A DNA stretch of 31,277 bases from Octopus sinensis (GCF_006345805.1 NW_021832328.1:1-31277); one strand, 5' to 3'. Counted from the first letter of the stretch, positions 1 to 9,688 are shown. Translations and numbers: made by a program. Notes: a model not told the origin generated them from the letters alone.

Positions 1-160
1 AATTCAAACCAAGGCATCAGCCATCAAATGTGACGTCTGTGAACTAGTGTTGCATGCAAAATTCAGTTTTGCCAGCCATCAGAGGCACCGGTATAAATGA
101 GAAAGCATTAACTAAGAAAGGAATATTCGGAACCGAGAAGTTGGCGACCACGACGACTAT
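1..160 (+). mobile_element. 3' end of an RTE-clade LINE (C-terminal C2H2-like finger, short 3' UTR)
   Basis: Frame 2 (2-100) reads IQTKASAIKCDVCELVLHAKFSFASHQRHRYK*, with C-x2-C-x12-H spacing like the C-terminal finger of RTE ORFs. It is followed by a short 3' UTR with a TCGGAACCGA hairpin and (ACG)n-like tail. The element runs off the window edge. Confidence 0.55.
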
Positions 161-1044
161 ATACAACTGACAAACAGCTATATGATAGCAGTGTAGGACG
201 ATCTCCGCTTGCAGCACCAAGAATTAGCCTCCACACTCAACAACATAAATATCATATGTACTTAGAAGAGGAAAACACTATGTGTTACAAACTATACAGT
301 TGCAATTATTTACAAAACGCATAGCAGACGCAGTAAAGACAAGAAAACGAGGCACAAACTAATAACAATAACAGTTACTATATATATTGACAGAAGAAAC
401 AATATGTGTAAATAATAATTTCGACCCATCAGGACAACAAATCACTAGAAAAACTAGGAAGCACACTAAACAGGGTACTATAGACCATCACAAAGTTTAC
501 GCAAATCACGTTAGCTGCATAATGGGGGAAGAACGTTAAAAACAAAAAATTACCTCGACATGCGAGGGGCACAGTTTGTTACAGCATTAATTAAAACAGT
601 TACTGTTACGACACACAAGTTCACCTTCAGAAAACTACTCGAACAGCATCCAGAAAATATCATCTCCCTCACCAATCCCAAACTCTGTACATTTTATTAG
701 ATTGTTCCAGTTGAAGGGCCTGTGCTTGTAAACTTTCCAGGTCCTTCGTGGGCCATCTTATCAGAAGGGATAACTGAATATACAGAAATATACTCGGGTC
801 AACCCGGTCAAATGTTACTCTGTAGCAGTTAATGTGTTACTTGATAATCATTCAAATGGGCCAAAGTAAACTATTTAGCGGGATTCATAATTCTTTGGGC
901 AACTAAACACGACCAGGTATCACAGATATGAAAAAGGAATCATATCTAAATTGTAAATTTAGCTTGTGAGAAGTAATTGCTGCATCATGTGTTATCAGTT
1001 ATGATATTCGAAATGTAATAAATTTTATGGCAGCTGTTTAAAGA

Positions 1045-1270
1045 TGCGTTTACAGTGTTATACTCACAATCTCAAGATCGTGGTTTCAATTCTCGGATTG
1101 GGCACTGCGTTGTGTTCTTGAGCGAAACACTTTATTTCACATTCCTCTAGTCTACTCAACTCTCAATGAATTAACCTTGCGAATGGCTGGCGTCCCGTTC
1201 GGGATGAGTGTTGTGATATCAGTCACTTATACGCCATAGAAATCGGGTAACCGAACCTACAAATCCTAGA
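1045..1270 (+). mobile_element. Degenerate tRNA-derived SINE (type D: tRNA head, GTTGTGTTCTTGAGC..AACACTT core, V-SINE-like tail)
   Basis: B-box-like GGTTTCAATTCT, core GCGTTGTGTTCTTGAGCGAAACACTTTATTTCAC, and tail CCTTGCGAATGGCTGGCGTCCCGTTC...TATACGCC, which is shared with the SINE at 26097-26380. Confidence 0.6.
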
Positions 1271-2119
1271 ACTCGATACAGTGATGACCGAGGGGCGATG
1301 ATGATGATGTTTAAACGAATGATATATCGCAAATGATCAGGAAAACTTTTTACCAGATGCTACAACAGACGTCCTACCAGATGTCATAACATATACGACG
1401 AGTTAACGCGGGCTATTCTGCCCTATAAAGAATAAATTTTATACCAGATGCTCTAATACAATATCATGATGCACCAGATGTTTACTTTGATAATATGAAT
1501 TACTATTTCAAGGTTATGCCATATGTTTCATTAATATTTTCCCTAGAATTTTGCACATGTCTATGATATTCAAATATATACATTTTTTCTAATATGCCAA
1601 GAGGATTTCTTTTGTGTTGTGTCTTAAAAAGATTTAAATAATTAAAGATTTCGGATTTCAGTTGCTACATCTCTGAAGAATTAACTATAAAATGATATTT
1701 AATAATTAGCAGTTTAGTGCGTAAATGTAGAACTGAACTGGTCGAGTGAATAAGTTATCTTATGAGTCGTGAATATAAATCAATTGGCAGCATTTCGTTG
1801 TGCATCTAGGGCAGGACACTTTATATGGCACGTTACGGTTGATTTAATTATTGTCTTAATGTCTTTGTCACCCTGAAGGAATGACAACGACCGTTAGTTA
1901 GCTCCGATTCCTTCATACTTAACCGGCATAATGTAAACGTCAATCATTCTAGTGTGACATTTGCAATTGAGATATTTGTGGAAGGCTAGATTTAACGAGG
2001 CACATAAAATTACTCGTGCTAGTAAGGAGAAAGACAGAACGAAGCACCTACGTTGAGTTTTAACAAAGAACGTGGATGCTGCTGGTCCACAAAGCTTTTC
2101 GTCTCGCTAGTCTAGTTTT

Positions 2120-2340
2120 ATTTGATTTGTTGCAGTTATTGGAGTACGGCCATGCTGGGGCCACCACATTGAATGGTTAGAACAAATCGCCCCCAGTACT
2201 TGTTTCTAAGTCTGGTACTTATTCTAACAGTCAATTTTTGCCAAACAGGCAAATAAACCAGGTACATAAACAGACCAATACCAGTTGTCGAGCGATGGTG
2301 GCGAGATAAACACAAAACAATGACACACACACACACACAC

Positions 2341-2432
<92 letters not shown>

Positions 2433-2545
2433 GACAGGCTTCTTTACAGGTGCCGTCTCCCAAATTCACTGATAAAGCATTGATCGGCTTGGGACAACTG
2501 TATAAGAAGCCATACAGTGGGACTGAACCCGAGCTATGAATTGAT
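2120..2545 (-). mobile_element. Degenerate SINE type A (tRNA head, internal (AC)/(AT) microsatellite)
   Basis: Colinear with the better copies at 9375-9860 and 24228-24619 (GGCCATGCTGGGG, CAGTACTT, GGGACTGAACCC). Internal microsatellite at ~2324-2428. Confidence 0.75.
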
Positions 2546-2879
2546 TACATCTACCGTAATCTATCATTAAAAAAAAGGATAAGGAAAAGAAGCATCATTT
2601 CGCAATAATTCGATGCATATTTTGCTTTTAGATTACCTCATCACACACGCACGCGCATATGCGTGCGACGAATTTCCCCTATGAGTTCATTTCCCAAATC
2701 ATTTTTCTGTTACATCGTCAAATTATCCTACTTTAAGATAATTTCTTCAAACTATATAGAGCCAAATCTTGAAAGATGAGTAAGATACGATACATCGGCT
2801 GCTCGAATGATTGTCAGCTATCCCATTCTATCTATCATTTGTGTCTCAAATGAAAATTTTACACCAACAAGAAAATTGC

Positions 2880-3290
2880 AGCAAAGCTGCGTGGTAGCGG
2901 TGTCAGACGTGACATGCAGACCATCATATAGTTTGCTTCACAAGGTGTTTTTATTCTTCTCTTCCGGTTTACGAGTTCAGTGTGCATATGCGCATTGCGT
3001 GTTCATTCTTCTTTTACCGGTTCCAACTCAAAACTCTTTACAGTTCACAACCATCTCACGAACTGCGTTCGTGAGGAGTGGTTCGTGCTCCATGTTTGTG
3101 AAAAAAATCAGTTCACTGGAAAGTTTACATTAGTATTTACAAAAACAACACTACGAACTAAATATGGTTCTTAAATCTGACGAGAAGAAGCGAGGTTGTA
3201 CGTTGCTGTAAATGGTAGCACATTTGTCGCGAAAACAACGAGATATGTGATCGTGTCCCACGCGTATGGGAAAACCTACATTTTTTTTCC
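2880..3290. promoter_or_regulatory. Non-repetitive CpG-enriched segment, possible promoter/enhancer
   Basis: Roughly 20 CpG in ~400 bp against CpG-poor flanks. ETS-like CTTCCGG (~2961), NRF1-like TGCATATGCGCA (~2983), E2F-like TCGCGAAAA (~3228), and a perfect 9-bp hairpin at 3055-3075. Motif-level evidence only. Confidence 0.3.
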
Positions 3291-3303
3291 GTCGAAGGGT
3301 TAT

Positions 3304-3610
3304 CACGTGATCACGTGACCGATCAGGCTATCAGATGTTGCTACACATCGCTGGTCACAATGCGCTTCGCATTGTTTTAGCCTTCAATGACGCCACCCGC
3401 TGGATAAGCGAGCAGGCCAACAAGAGAAAGGGTGAGAGAAAGTTGTGGTGAAAGAGTACAGCAGGGATCACCACCACCCCCTGCCGGAGCCTCGTGGAGA
3501 TTTGGGTGTTTTCGCTCAATAAACACTCACAACGGCCGGTCTGGGAATCGAAACCGCAATCCTACGACCGCGAGTCCGCTGGCCTAACCACTGGGCCATT
3601 GCGGCTCCAC
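3304..3610 (-). mobile_element. tRNA(Arg)-like SINE type B, tail 1, with 15-bp TSD
   Basis: Head reads GTGGAGCCGCAATGGCCCAGTGGTTAGG...GGTTTCGATTCCC (A and B boxes) on the minus strand. Exact flanking direct repeat CCGTCGAAGGGTTAT at 3289-3303 and 3611-3625. Confidence 0.92.
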
Positions 3611-3736
3611 CCGTCGAAGGGTTATATGCCCCATCATTAGACTATTTTCTTTAGTGATTGCTCGGTGATCGCTTATAAGCTATTATTATTATTTACAGAA
3701 TTGTAAATATCGACACTGCTTACTAAAAACCATCGC

Positions 3737-3743
3737 ATATATT

Positions 3744-3808
<65 letters not shown>

Positions 3809-3831
3809 GTGTGTGCGTGTGTGTGTGTGTG
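3737..3831. repeat. (AT)n(GT)n microsatellite
   Basis: Direct inspection. Confidence 0.95.
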
Positions 3832-4643
3832 CATACATATATTTTCACATATAGTTTAAAACAAGCTGAGTTTCACTTTACTTTTCACTCCTCCAGGGTC
3901 AGTAAAATACAATGTATTTAGTAAGGTCGATTAATCCACACTATATCTCCTTTGTAAACATCGACCTTGTATCTTGTCAGAAGAAAAGAAAAACGTAGAA
4001 TTGTAGTTGTGTTATGTTTTGCTCTCAGCATTGAGCTCAAAGCGAAGTACTGAATATTTCTGCCGCAGGTCATGGCTTACAACACATTGTGAACATTTAT
4101 GTTACAGAGATCAAGTTCATTCAATGCAGATATCATGTTTTACATTTTGTAATTTTACCTTTTACTGTAGAACACATTTTCTTCTTTTAAATCGTGATTC
4201 TATATCATTGTTTGACTTTGAAAATAGTTTCAAGCCATTTATAATTTATCATATTTTTTCCAACGGAATTTTCTGTGGATTCTATGTTTTCTGTGATCGG
4301 CTAAGGATTACCTCATATAGAAAAAGCAATACAGACTATGAATTCTCTCAGTGTATAATTTTGCTGGACGTTAGTTTGCTGGAGGTGAACATTAGATATA
4401 TTAGAACTTAGACCAATATTCTAACATTTTACAACTTTCAAATGCAGTGATTTTTAAGAGATAAAAAGAAATTGTGGTAAGTTCTCGGTAAGCATTTTCT
4501 AAAACTGGTACACAATTGGGGAGTGTTTAACATTACTTACATCACATATACCAACAATTTGCAGACGGTTGGAAAAAAGGTCGACCACAGTATCTTATAT
4601 TCAACAAGACCAATGAGAATGAATTTATCTCTAGTTATTCAAT

Positions 4644-5031
4644 GGATGGAAGCACTCCGTCGGTTACGACGACGAGGGTTCCGGTTGATCCGAATCAACG
4701 GAACAGCCTGCTCGTGAAATTAACGTGTAAGTGGCTGAGCACTCCACAGACACGTGTACCCTTAACGTAGTTCTCGGGGATATTCAGCGTGACACAGAGA
4801 GTGACAAGGCCGGCCCTTTGAAATACAGGTACAACAGAAACAGGAAGTAAGAGTGAGAGAAAGTTGTGGTGAAAGAGTACAGAAGAGATCACCACCATCC
4901 CCTGCCGGAGCCTCGTGGAGCTTTAGGTGTTTTCGCTCAATAAACACTCACAACGCCCGGTCTGGGAATCGAAACCGCGATCCTATGACCGCGAGTCCGC
5001 TGCCCTAACCACTGGGCCATTGCGCCTCCAC
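4644..5031 (-). mobile_element. tRNA(Arg)-like SINE type B, tail 2 (RTE-like), with 11-bp TSD
   Basis: Same head and body as 3304-3610 but a different 3' half ending CCCTCGTCGTCGTAACCGACGGAGTGCTTCCATCC. TSD AGTTATTCAAT at 4633-4643 and 5032-5042. Confidence 0.92.
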
Positions 5032-5250
5032 AGTTATTCAATAACCACGGTTGGACAATGTGTCTGCTATTCGTCTACATATAGAATTGTAGCTGACCAT
5101 TTTAATAACGTATAAGGGTCTGAATTCATATTTAATGGTTACAGTTTAGTTTGTTATGTCTACGACCAAGCAATTTCTTTTCTTGTCTCACCTGCCCAAG
5201 GTTTAGAAGATGTAGAAAAAAGAGGCGAGTGTATAATCTATCTTACGTTT

Positions 5251-5618
5251 TATCTTTTACTTGTTTCACTCATTGGGTTGTGACCATGATAGGACACCGC
5301 CTCGATGGGTTTTAATCGAATAAATCGCCTGCAGTACTTATTTTTAAAGTCTTGTACTCATTCTATCGGTTTTTTTGCCGAACCGATATGTTACACAGGT
5401 TGTAAAGTGTGGTGGTGGTGGGGGACGTACAAACACATAAAAAGACACACACATAAACACATATACACACACAATGGGCTTCCACACAATTTCCGTCTAC
5501 CAGATCCACTTATGAGGCATTGATTGGCCCGGGGCTATAGTAAAAATTATTTGCCCATGGTGGCGCGCAATGGAACTAAATCTCAAACCACATGGATGCA
5601 AAGCGTGCTTCTTAGCCC
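5251..5618 (-). mobile_element. Degenerate SINE type A
   Basis: TTTTACTTGTTTCA tail, GCCGAACCG, TTTCCGTCTACC and GCTATAGTA blocks, colinear with the other type A copies. Confidence 0.75.
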
Positions 5619-5784
5619 ACCCAAATTAAGTCTAAATATTCTACATGAATCTTCTCAGTTTGTAGTATTCTGCAAAGGCCATGTGTACTGACCGATTGTA
5701 TTCTATGACTAAATTTTAAGTGCATATTCAATTACTATGCTGTTTCTTTTTATTTTGAGGCTATCCAAAGGAAGGAAATAAAAA

Positions 5785-6108
5785 TCAAGGGCACTCAGAG
5801 AGCGCAGACCTCCGCCAAATCAACAGCAATTTCCTCTCAACTGAGGATATCTGAAATAAACTCAATTGCTCTCACAAATGCTCTTAAAAATTAAGTAAAA
5901 AAAAAAAGAAAAAAACAGAAAAAATAATCCAGAATCCTTGTCCGGCACCAGATTCCCAAATCTAATCATTTTGTGCCAGTCACGAGGCCCAAAATCCCTG
6001 AAAGTTTCATTCGAATCCATCAAGCGGTTCTTGAGATATCTTGTCCACGGACAAACGAACAAACGCAACTGAAAACAATACCTTCGCCTTCGCTAAGGCG
6101 AAAGTAAT
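5785..6108 (+). mobile_element. Helentron-associated (HINE/DINE-1-like) non-autonomous element
   Basis: 5' CAAGGGCACTCAGAGAGCGCAGACCTCCGCC and core AAAGTTTCATTCGAATCCATCAAGCGGTTCTTGAGATAT. It has a short (ACAA)n and a 3' hairpin CCTTCGCC-TTCGCTAA-GGCGAAAG (6081-6104) whose arm resembles the 5' subterminal CCTCCGCC. The class call rests on this architecture. Confidence 0.55.
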
Positions 6109-6129
6109 AAAAACTTTGTTTTTTTGTAG

Positions 6130-6235
6130 CTAGGGTGTTGGACTCTCAATCATAAAGTCGTGGAAGGGATTCTTTGTATCCTTGAGCAAGGCACATCATT
6201 TCACGCCTCTGCAGATTACTCAGCCGAATATGATT
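6130..6235 (+). mobile_element. Fragment of SINE type D
   Basis: TAGGGTGTTGGACTC head remnant and TATCCTTGAGCAAGGCACATCATTTCAC core, as at 1045-1270. Confidence 0.45.
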
Positions 6236-6419
6236 ATCAGCCTAGCACTAGTGCAGCCCTTTCTCCCCCCATCTCTTACATCCTTTATGTTCTAATGGAT
6301 CAAAGGTGGGAGGGTGGTTAGGATATCGCGACTACATAGGTATTTTAAGCTATTAAGCTAGTAAAAGCATCATACGAACAACCTGAACATTATCCTCTTG
6401 CGAGTGACGGTTATGGTGT

Positions 6420-6420
<1 letters not shown>

Positions 6421-6450
<30 letters not shown>

Positions 6451-6559
6451 ATGTGTGTGTGTACATACATACATATATATATTCATATATATTCATTATT
6501 AATGGAATTACTTTATGGAGCTTCTACCTCTTAATTCTCTCTCTCTCTCTCTCTCTCTC

Positions 6560-6605
<46 letters not shown>
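6421..6605. repeat. Compound (AT)/(GT)/(CT)/(AT) microsatellite
   Basis: Direct inspection. The (AT)n at ~6564-6604 is the left flank of the Penelope-like element. Confidence 0.9.
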
Positions 6606-6607
<2 letters not shown>

Positions 6608-6656
6608 GTGAAATAGAAAGATGAATAATCTTGTAGTAGATTAATCAAAAGTTTAA

Positions 6657-7430
6657 CCGGGCGGGTGCCGGGGTAGTCGCTCCCGCATTTATTTAGCGAA
6701 CAAGGATAATTATCGGTCCGGGAGGTCTTACACTAACCCAAGACCCGTTATTCATCCGAGAATCACCCACCCGAATGCGAGAGCTGGCGTCCCGACCCAT
6801 CACACTGATAGGAATAAGCATATATGGTTTGTAATCCCCTTTGGTAAGCAGATTAGAACTAACCTCCCCCTCATGTTTAGACAAGCCATCGCCAATAACT
6901 TCCCCAGAAATTCCAAATATTACTCCACGGTTAACTCACATAAAGTTAGGATAGCTTTCTCCAACACTAAAAACCTCGCCCAGATAATCGCCTCCCATAA
7001 TAATAGGCTACTTACTAAGACCCTATCACCTTTTTCCGGAGGCACAGCCTCTTCCGCTCCCGGTTTAATGCTCAGTAGGAATAATTATAGTAGTAATAAT
7101 GAGATGAGAGCCAGTACAGTGACACATAATCTCAGCTCCAGCCAGGGAGTACCCACTAGGGGTATAGTTATAAATAGGGGTGTTGTGGTTGACGGTAATA
7201 ATGGGAGTAGGGTAGAGAGCCCCATTAGCATCCCCAGCATCATTTCCCGCAATAGCAGTACCACGGGCAGTAGCAATGACAGCACTCTGATAGATAGTGG
7301 AGAATCAGGGGTTATTCCTATAGTTAATAGTGACGTAGTGGAAAATAGAGTAGTAAGCGGCTGCAGGTCTCGGAACGAATATAGTGACAGGAACGCAGTT
7401 CTAATTCAGAAACTAATCCTAGCAGATTAA
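6657..7430 (+). pseudogene. PLE ORF fragment: RT thumb-to-endonuclease linker
   Basis: Open from stop to stop. Contains RNKHIWFVIPFGKQIRTNLPLMFRQAIANNFPRNSKYYSTVNSHKVRIAFSNTKNLAQIIASHNNRLL, matching the PLE pattern R.R.I.WFNPPF...V.TNIG..F...I.KHFP....L.KIFN...VK.SYS...N...II.SHN..IL, followed by a long Ser/Asn/Val-rich stretch. Confidence 0.8.
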
Positions 7431-7825
7431 GATTCACGTCGGCGAACTCCAAGATCAAAAACGCCGTCTACCAATGCAAGGTTTACACGGACTCAGATGC
7501 CTTCACTTATGTAGGGGCATCATCCTCAAGATTGTCTTTGCGTGTCTCCAACCATTACGCAACTTTTCGGGACGTGAACAAGCGCCAGACCACGGGACTC
7601 AGTAAGCTAATATGGCGACTGAAGGATGCGAACTTAAGCTATAGGCTGGAATGGTCAATTTTGTCGGTGGCCCTCCCATTTGATAGGGGCAGAAGACAGT
7701 GCAACCTTTGTGTCTCCGAACTCTTCCATATTTTGTTTGCCAGAGGCCGGATGGTAAACGGGCTCTTACAGTCGGCTTTTCGATGCCCCCATTGGCGGCG
7801 TTACACTTACCTGGCCTTTAAATAG
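7388..7825 (+). pseudogene. PLE GIY-YIG endonuclease (frameshifted relative to the upstream linker)
   Basis: KNAVYQCKVYTDSDAFTYVGASSSRLSLRVSNH...GLSKLIWRLKD...EWSIL...CNLCVSE...MVN...CPH, i.e. GIY-YIG equivalents AVY/YVG, catalytic R, H, E and N, and the CNLC/C.H motifs typical of Penelope/Neptune EN. Confidence 0.85.
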
Positions 7826-8424
7826 CGTTATAAATAGTACCGGCACCCATAGCCCTTGGTAACAAATTCTGAAATAGCCTTTAAGATATCTACGATTAAC
7901 CACTGCAAGGGGAATTACTCCTGTAAGACAAACGGGGCTTGGTTTTCTCACAGCGGGGGGTTTCCTTGACAAGGCAGGCTCAGATGAACACACACACACA
8001 TAAAACATAATATATATATATTTTTTTTATTTTTTTCTCTCTGCCACCCAACGGTTATCACGGCAGTAGCCACTGACAGCCGAACGATCAAACGCACACA
8101 CGTACACAAAAAATGTTTTCTACCCCTACGCCAACACACACATATATAGAACAGTATACACACACACACGTCTCTAAGTAGATTTTTTCTCGCCCCTTAT
8201 AAAACATCCAATATTCCTTAAATAGTCAGAACTTTATTCTCGGTCACAAAGAACATCTATACACCCTCACCCACATGATTGACCGATGCCTGACCCGTTG
8301 AATTCTTCAGCCACCGGTTCTCAACTACACTGATAAACAGTTTCGCCATGGGCTCTTAGGAGCACAGTTCGATTTGTTTTTTGCTCCGCCTCTGTTCTGT
8401 TTTTGTGTTTCCAACGGATTTCCT

Positions 8425-8513
8425 TTTTCTTCCTGATGAGAAAGACACAATATGGTCCCATTATTCAATCGGATTTTGGTAATTTGTGCCTTTCGAAACA
8501 CGTGTAGAATGAA
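8425..8513 (+). ncRNA. Minimal type I hammerhead ribozyme (PLE-associated)
   Basis: CTGATGA at 8433-8439. Stem II GAAAGACACAA (8440-8450) pairs with TTGTGCCTTTC (8484-8494), 10/11. GAAAC at 8495-8499, palindromic stem III loop (ACACGTGT), GTA cleavage triplet at 8504-8506, stem I TTC/GAA. Confidence 0.75.
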
Positions 8514-8568
8514 TAAAACGATTTCTGTTCAATCTGCGTTCAGCTCCATTTCTTCAATTCACCAATAA

Positions 8569-8627
<59 letters not shown>

Positions 8628-8628
<1 letters not shown>

Positions 8629-8736
8629 GATGACCACTAAGTGGACAGCCATTATGCTAGAAGTCGACCCCCTATGGTCTTACCACTAAGAAAGGAATGA
8701 CTTCTAGCATAATGGATGTCCACTTAGTGGTCATCC
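8628..8736. repeat. 109-bp foldback: 38-bp inverted arms (37/38 identical), 33-bp spacer; MITE-like
   Basis: Arm 8628-8665 GGATGACCACTAAGTGGACAGCCATTATGCTAGAAGTC against the reverse complement of 8699-8736, with one mismatch. No TSD visible. Confidence 0.9.
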
Positions 8737-9203
8737 CTCTTATATGTATGCAATATAATTTTTCTGAATCTTCAGGTTCTTCTACATGCTAGACCACTGG
8801 TTTTAAATTGATATTAATCAAATTAATATTCAATTTTTCACTCTTATTATTTTAAATTTATATATATATAAGCGGGGGGCTTTAACAGGGATTGCATACA
8901 TCGCATTTAGAAGTAAAATTTTAGTGCGCATACAAATTGAAGTTCCGATTTCTTGTAGATGAGATCAACTGAATTAGTATTTCATGTGGGAAAGATAAGC
9001 TTCATACATTTTTATATTTCCTACACATATAAATTTTGCTACTCTAATTTTTCTTTTTTTTTTGTGGAACTTCATGAAAATTTTAATTGAAAAAAATCAA
9101 TGTTACACACTTATAAACATGATCTAAATTGGGGCTATATAAAAACATACCTTTTATGCTGGGTTTATTCTGCTGCTTAATGAATGAATTTCTTTGTCTA
9201 GTT

Positions 9204-9572
9204 CAGCGGTTCTCAACAATTTTCCCCTATGGAACCTCTTTGATTCTTATTTTATTCTACTGGTCGCCCATAGTCATTCGATTCATTGCATTCTTATGAT
9301 TAAATATTTAGGAAATGTATTAGAAATGTTTCAGTATTTTATATATTACAAAAATATAAGCAATTTATTCCTCTTACTCTTTTTTTTTTTACTCTTTTGC
9401 TTGTTTCAGTCATTTGACTGCGGCTATGCTGGATCACCGCCTTTAGTCGAGGAAACCGACACCAGGACTTATTCTTTGTAACGTCACTTTTTGCCGAACC
9501 GCTAAGTTACGGGGACGTAAACACACCAGCATCGGTTGTCAAGCGATGTTGGGAGGACAAACACAGACACAG

Positions 9573-9604
<32 letters not shown>

Positions 9605-9629
9605 GTACACACACACACACACACACACA

Positions 9630-9688
<59 letters not shown>

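Larger units (their letters stand above)
6607..8570 (+). mobile_element. 5'-truncated Penelope-like retroelement (Neptune-type GIY-YIG) with 3' region carrying a hammerhead ribozyme
   Basis: PLE linker and endonuclease motifs (see the two pseudogene features), a hammerhead at 8425-8513, and (AT)n on both sides. The 8020-8570 part could belong to a second PLE terminus. Confidence 0.78.

Noticed and set aside
165-660. Purine-rich stretch with short frames faintly like the N-terminal region of R4/Dong-type LINEs
   Set aside because: Multiple stops and no diagnostic motif that I can align with confidence.
4007-4411. 134-aa ORF in unique AT-rich DNA
   Set aside because: Non-ATG start, Phe/Ile/Cys-rich composition typical of AT-rich noncoding DNA, and no recognisable domain.
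4955-5031. tRNA-Arg-like sequence (also at 3535-3610 and 26097-26165)
   Set aside because: A/B boxes are present but there is no proper acceptor stem, and the sequence continues into a SINE body bounded by TSDs. These are SINE heads, not tRNA genes.
7382-7390. TGA upstream of the GIY-YIG frame as a possible selenocysteine codon (as in some Naiad PLEs)
   Set aside because: It is immediately preceded by an in-frame TAG and is not in a Cys-motif position. A frameshift explains the structure better.
7805-7815. ACTTACCTGGC, identical to the U1 snRNA 5' end (a perfect CAG/GTAAGT donor on the minus strand)
   Set aside because: Only 11 nt, it lies inside the PLE endonuclease coding sequence, and no further U1 similarity follows.
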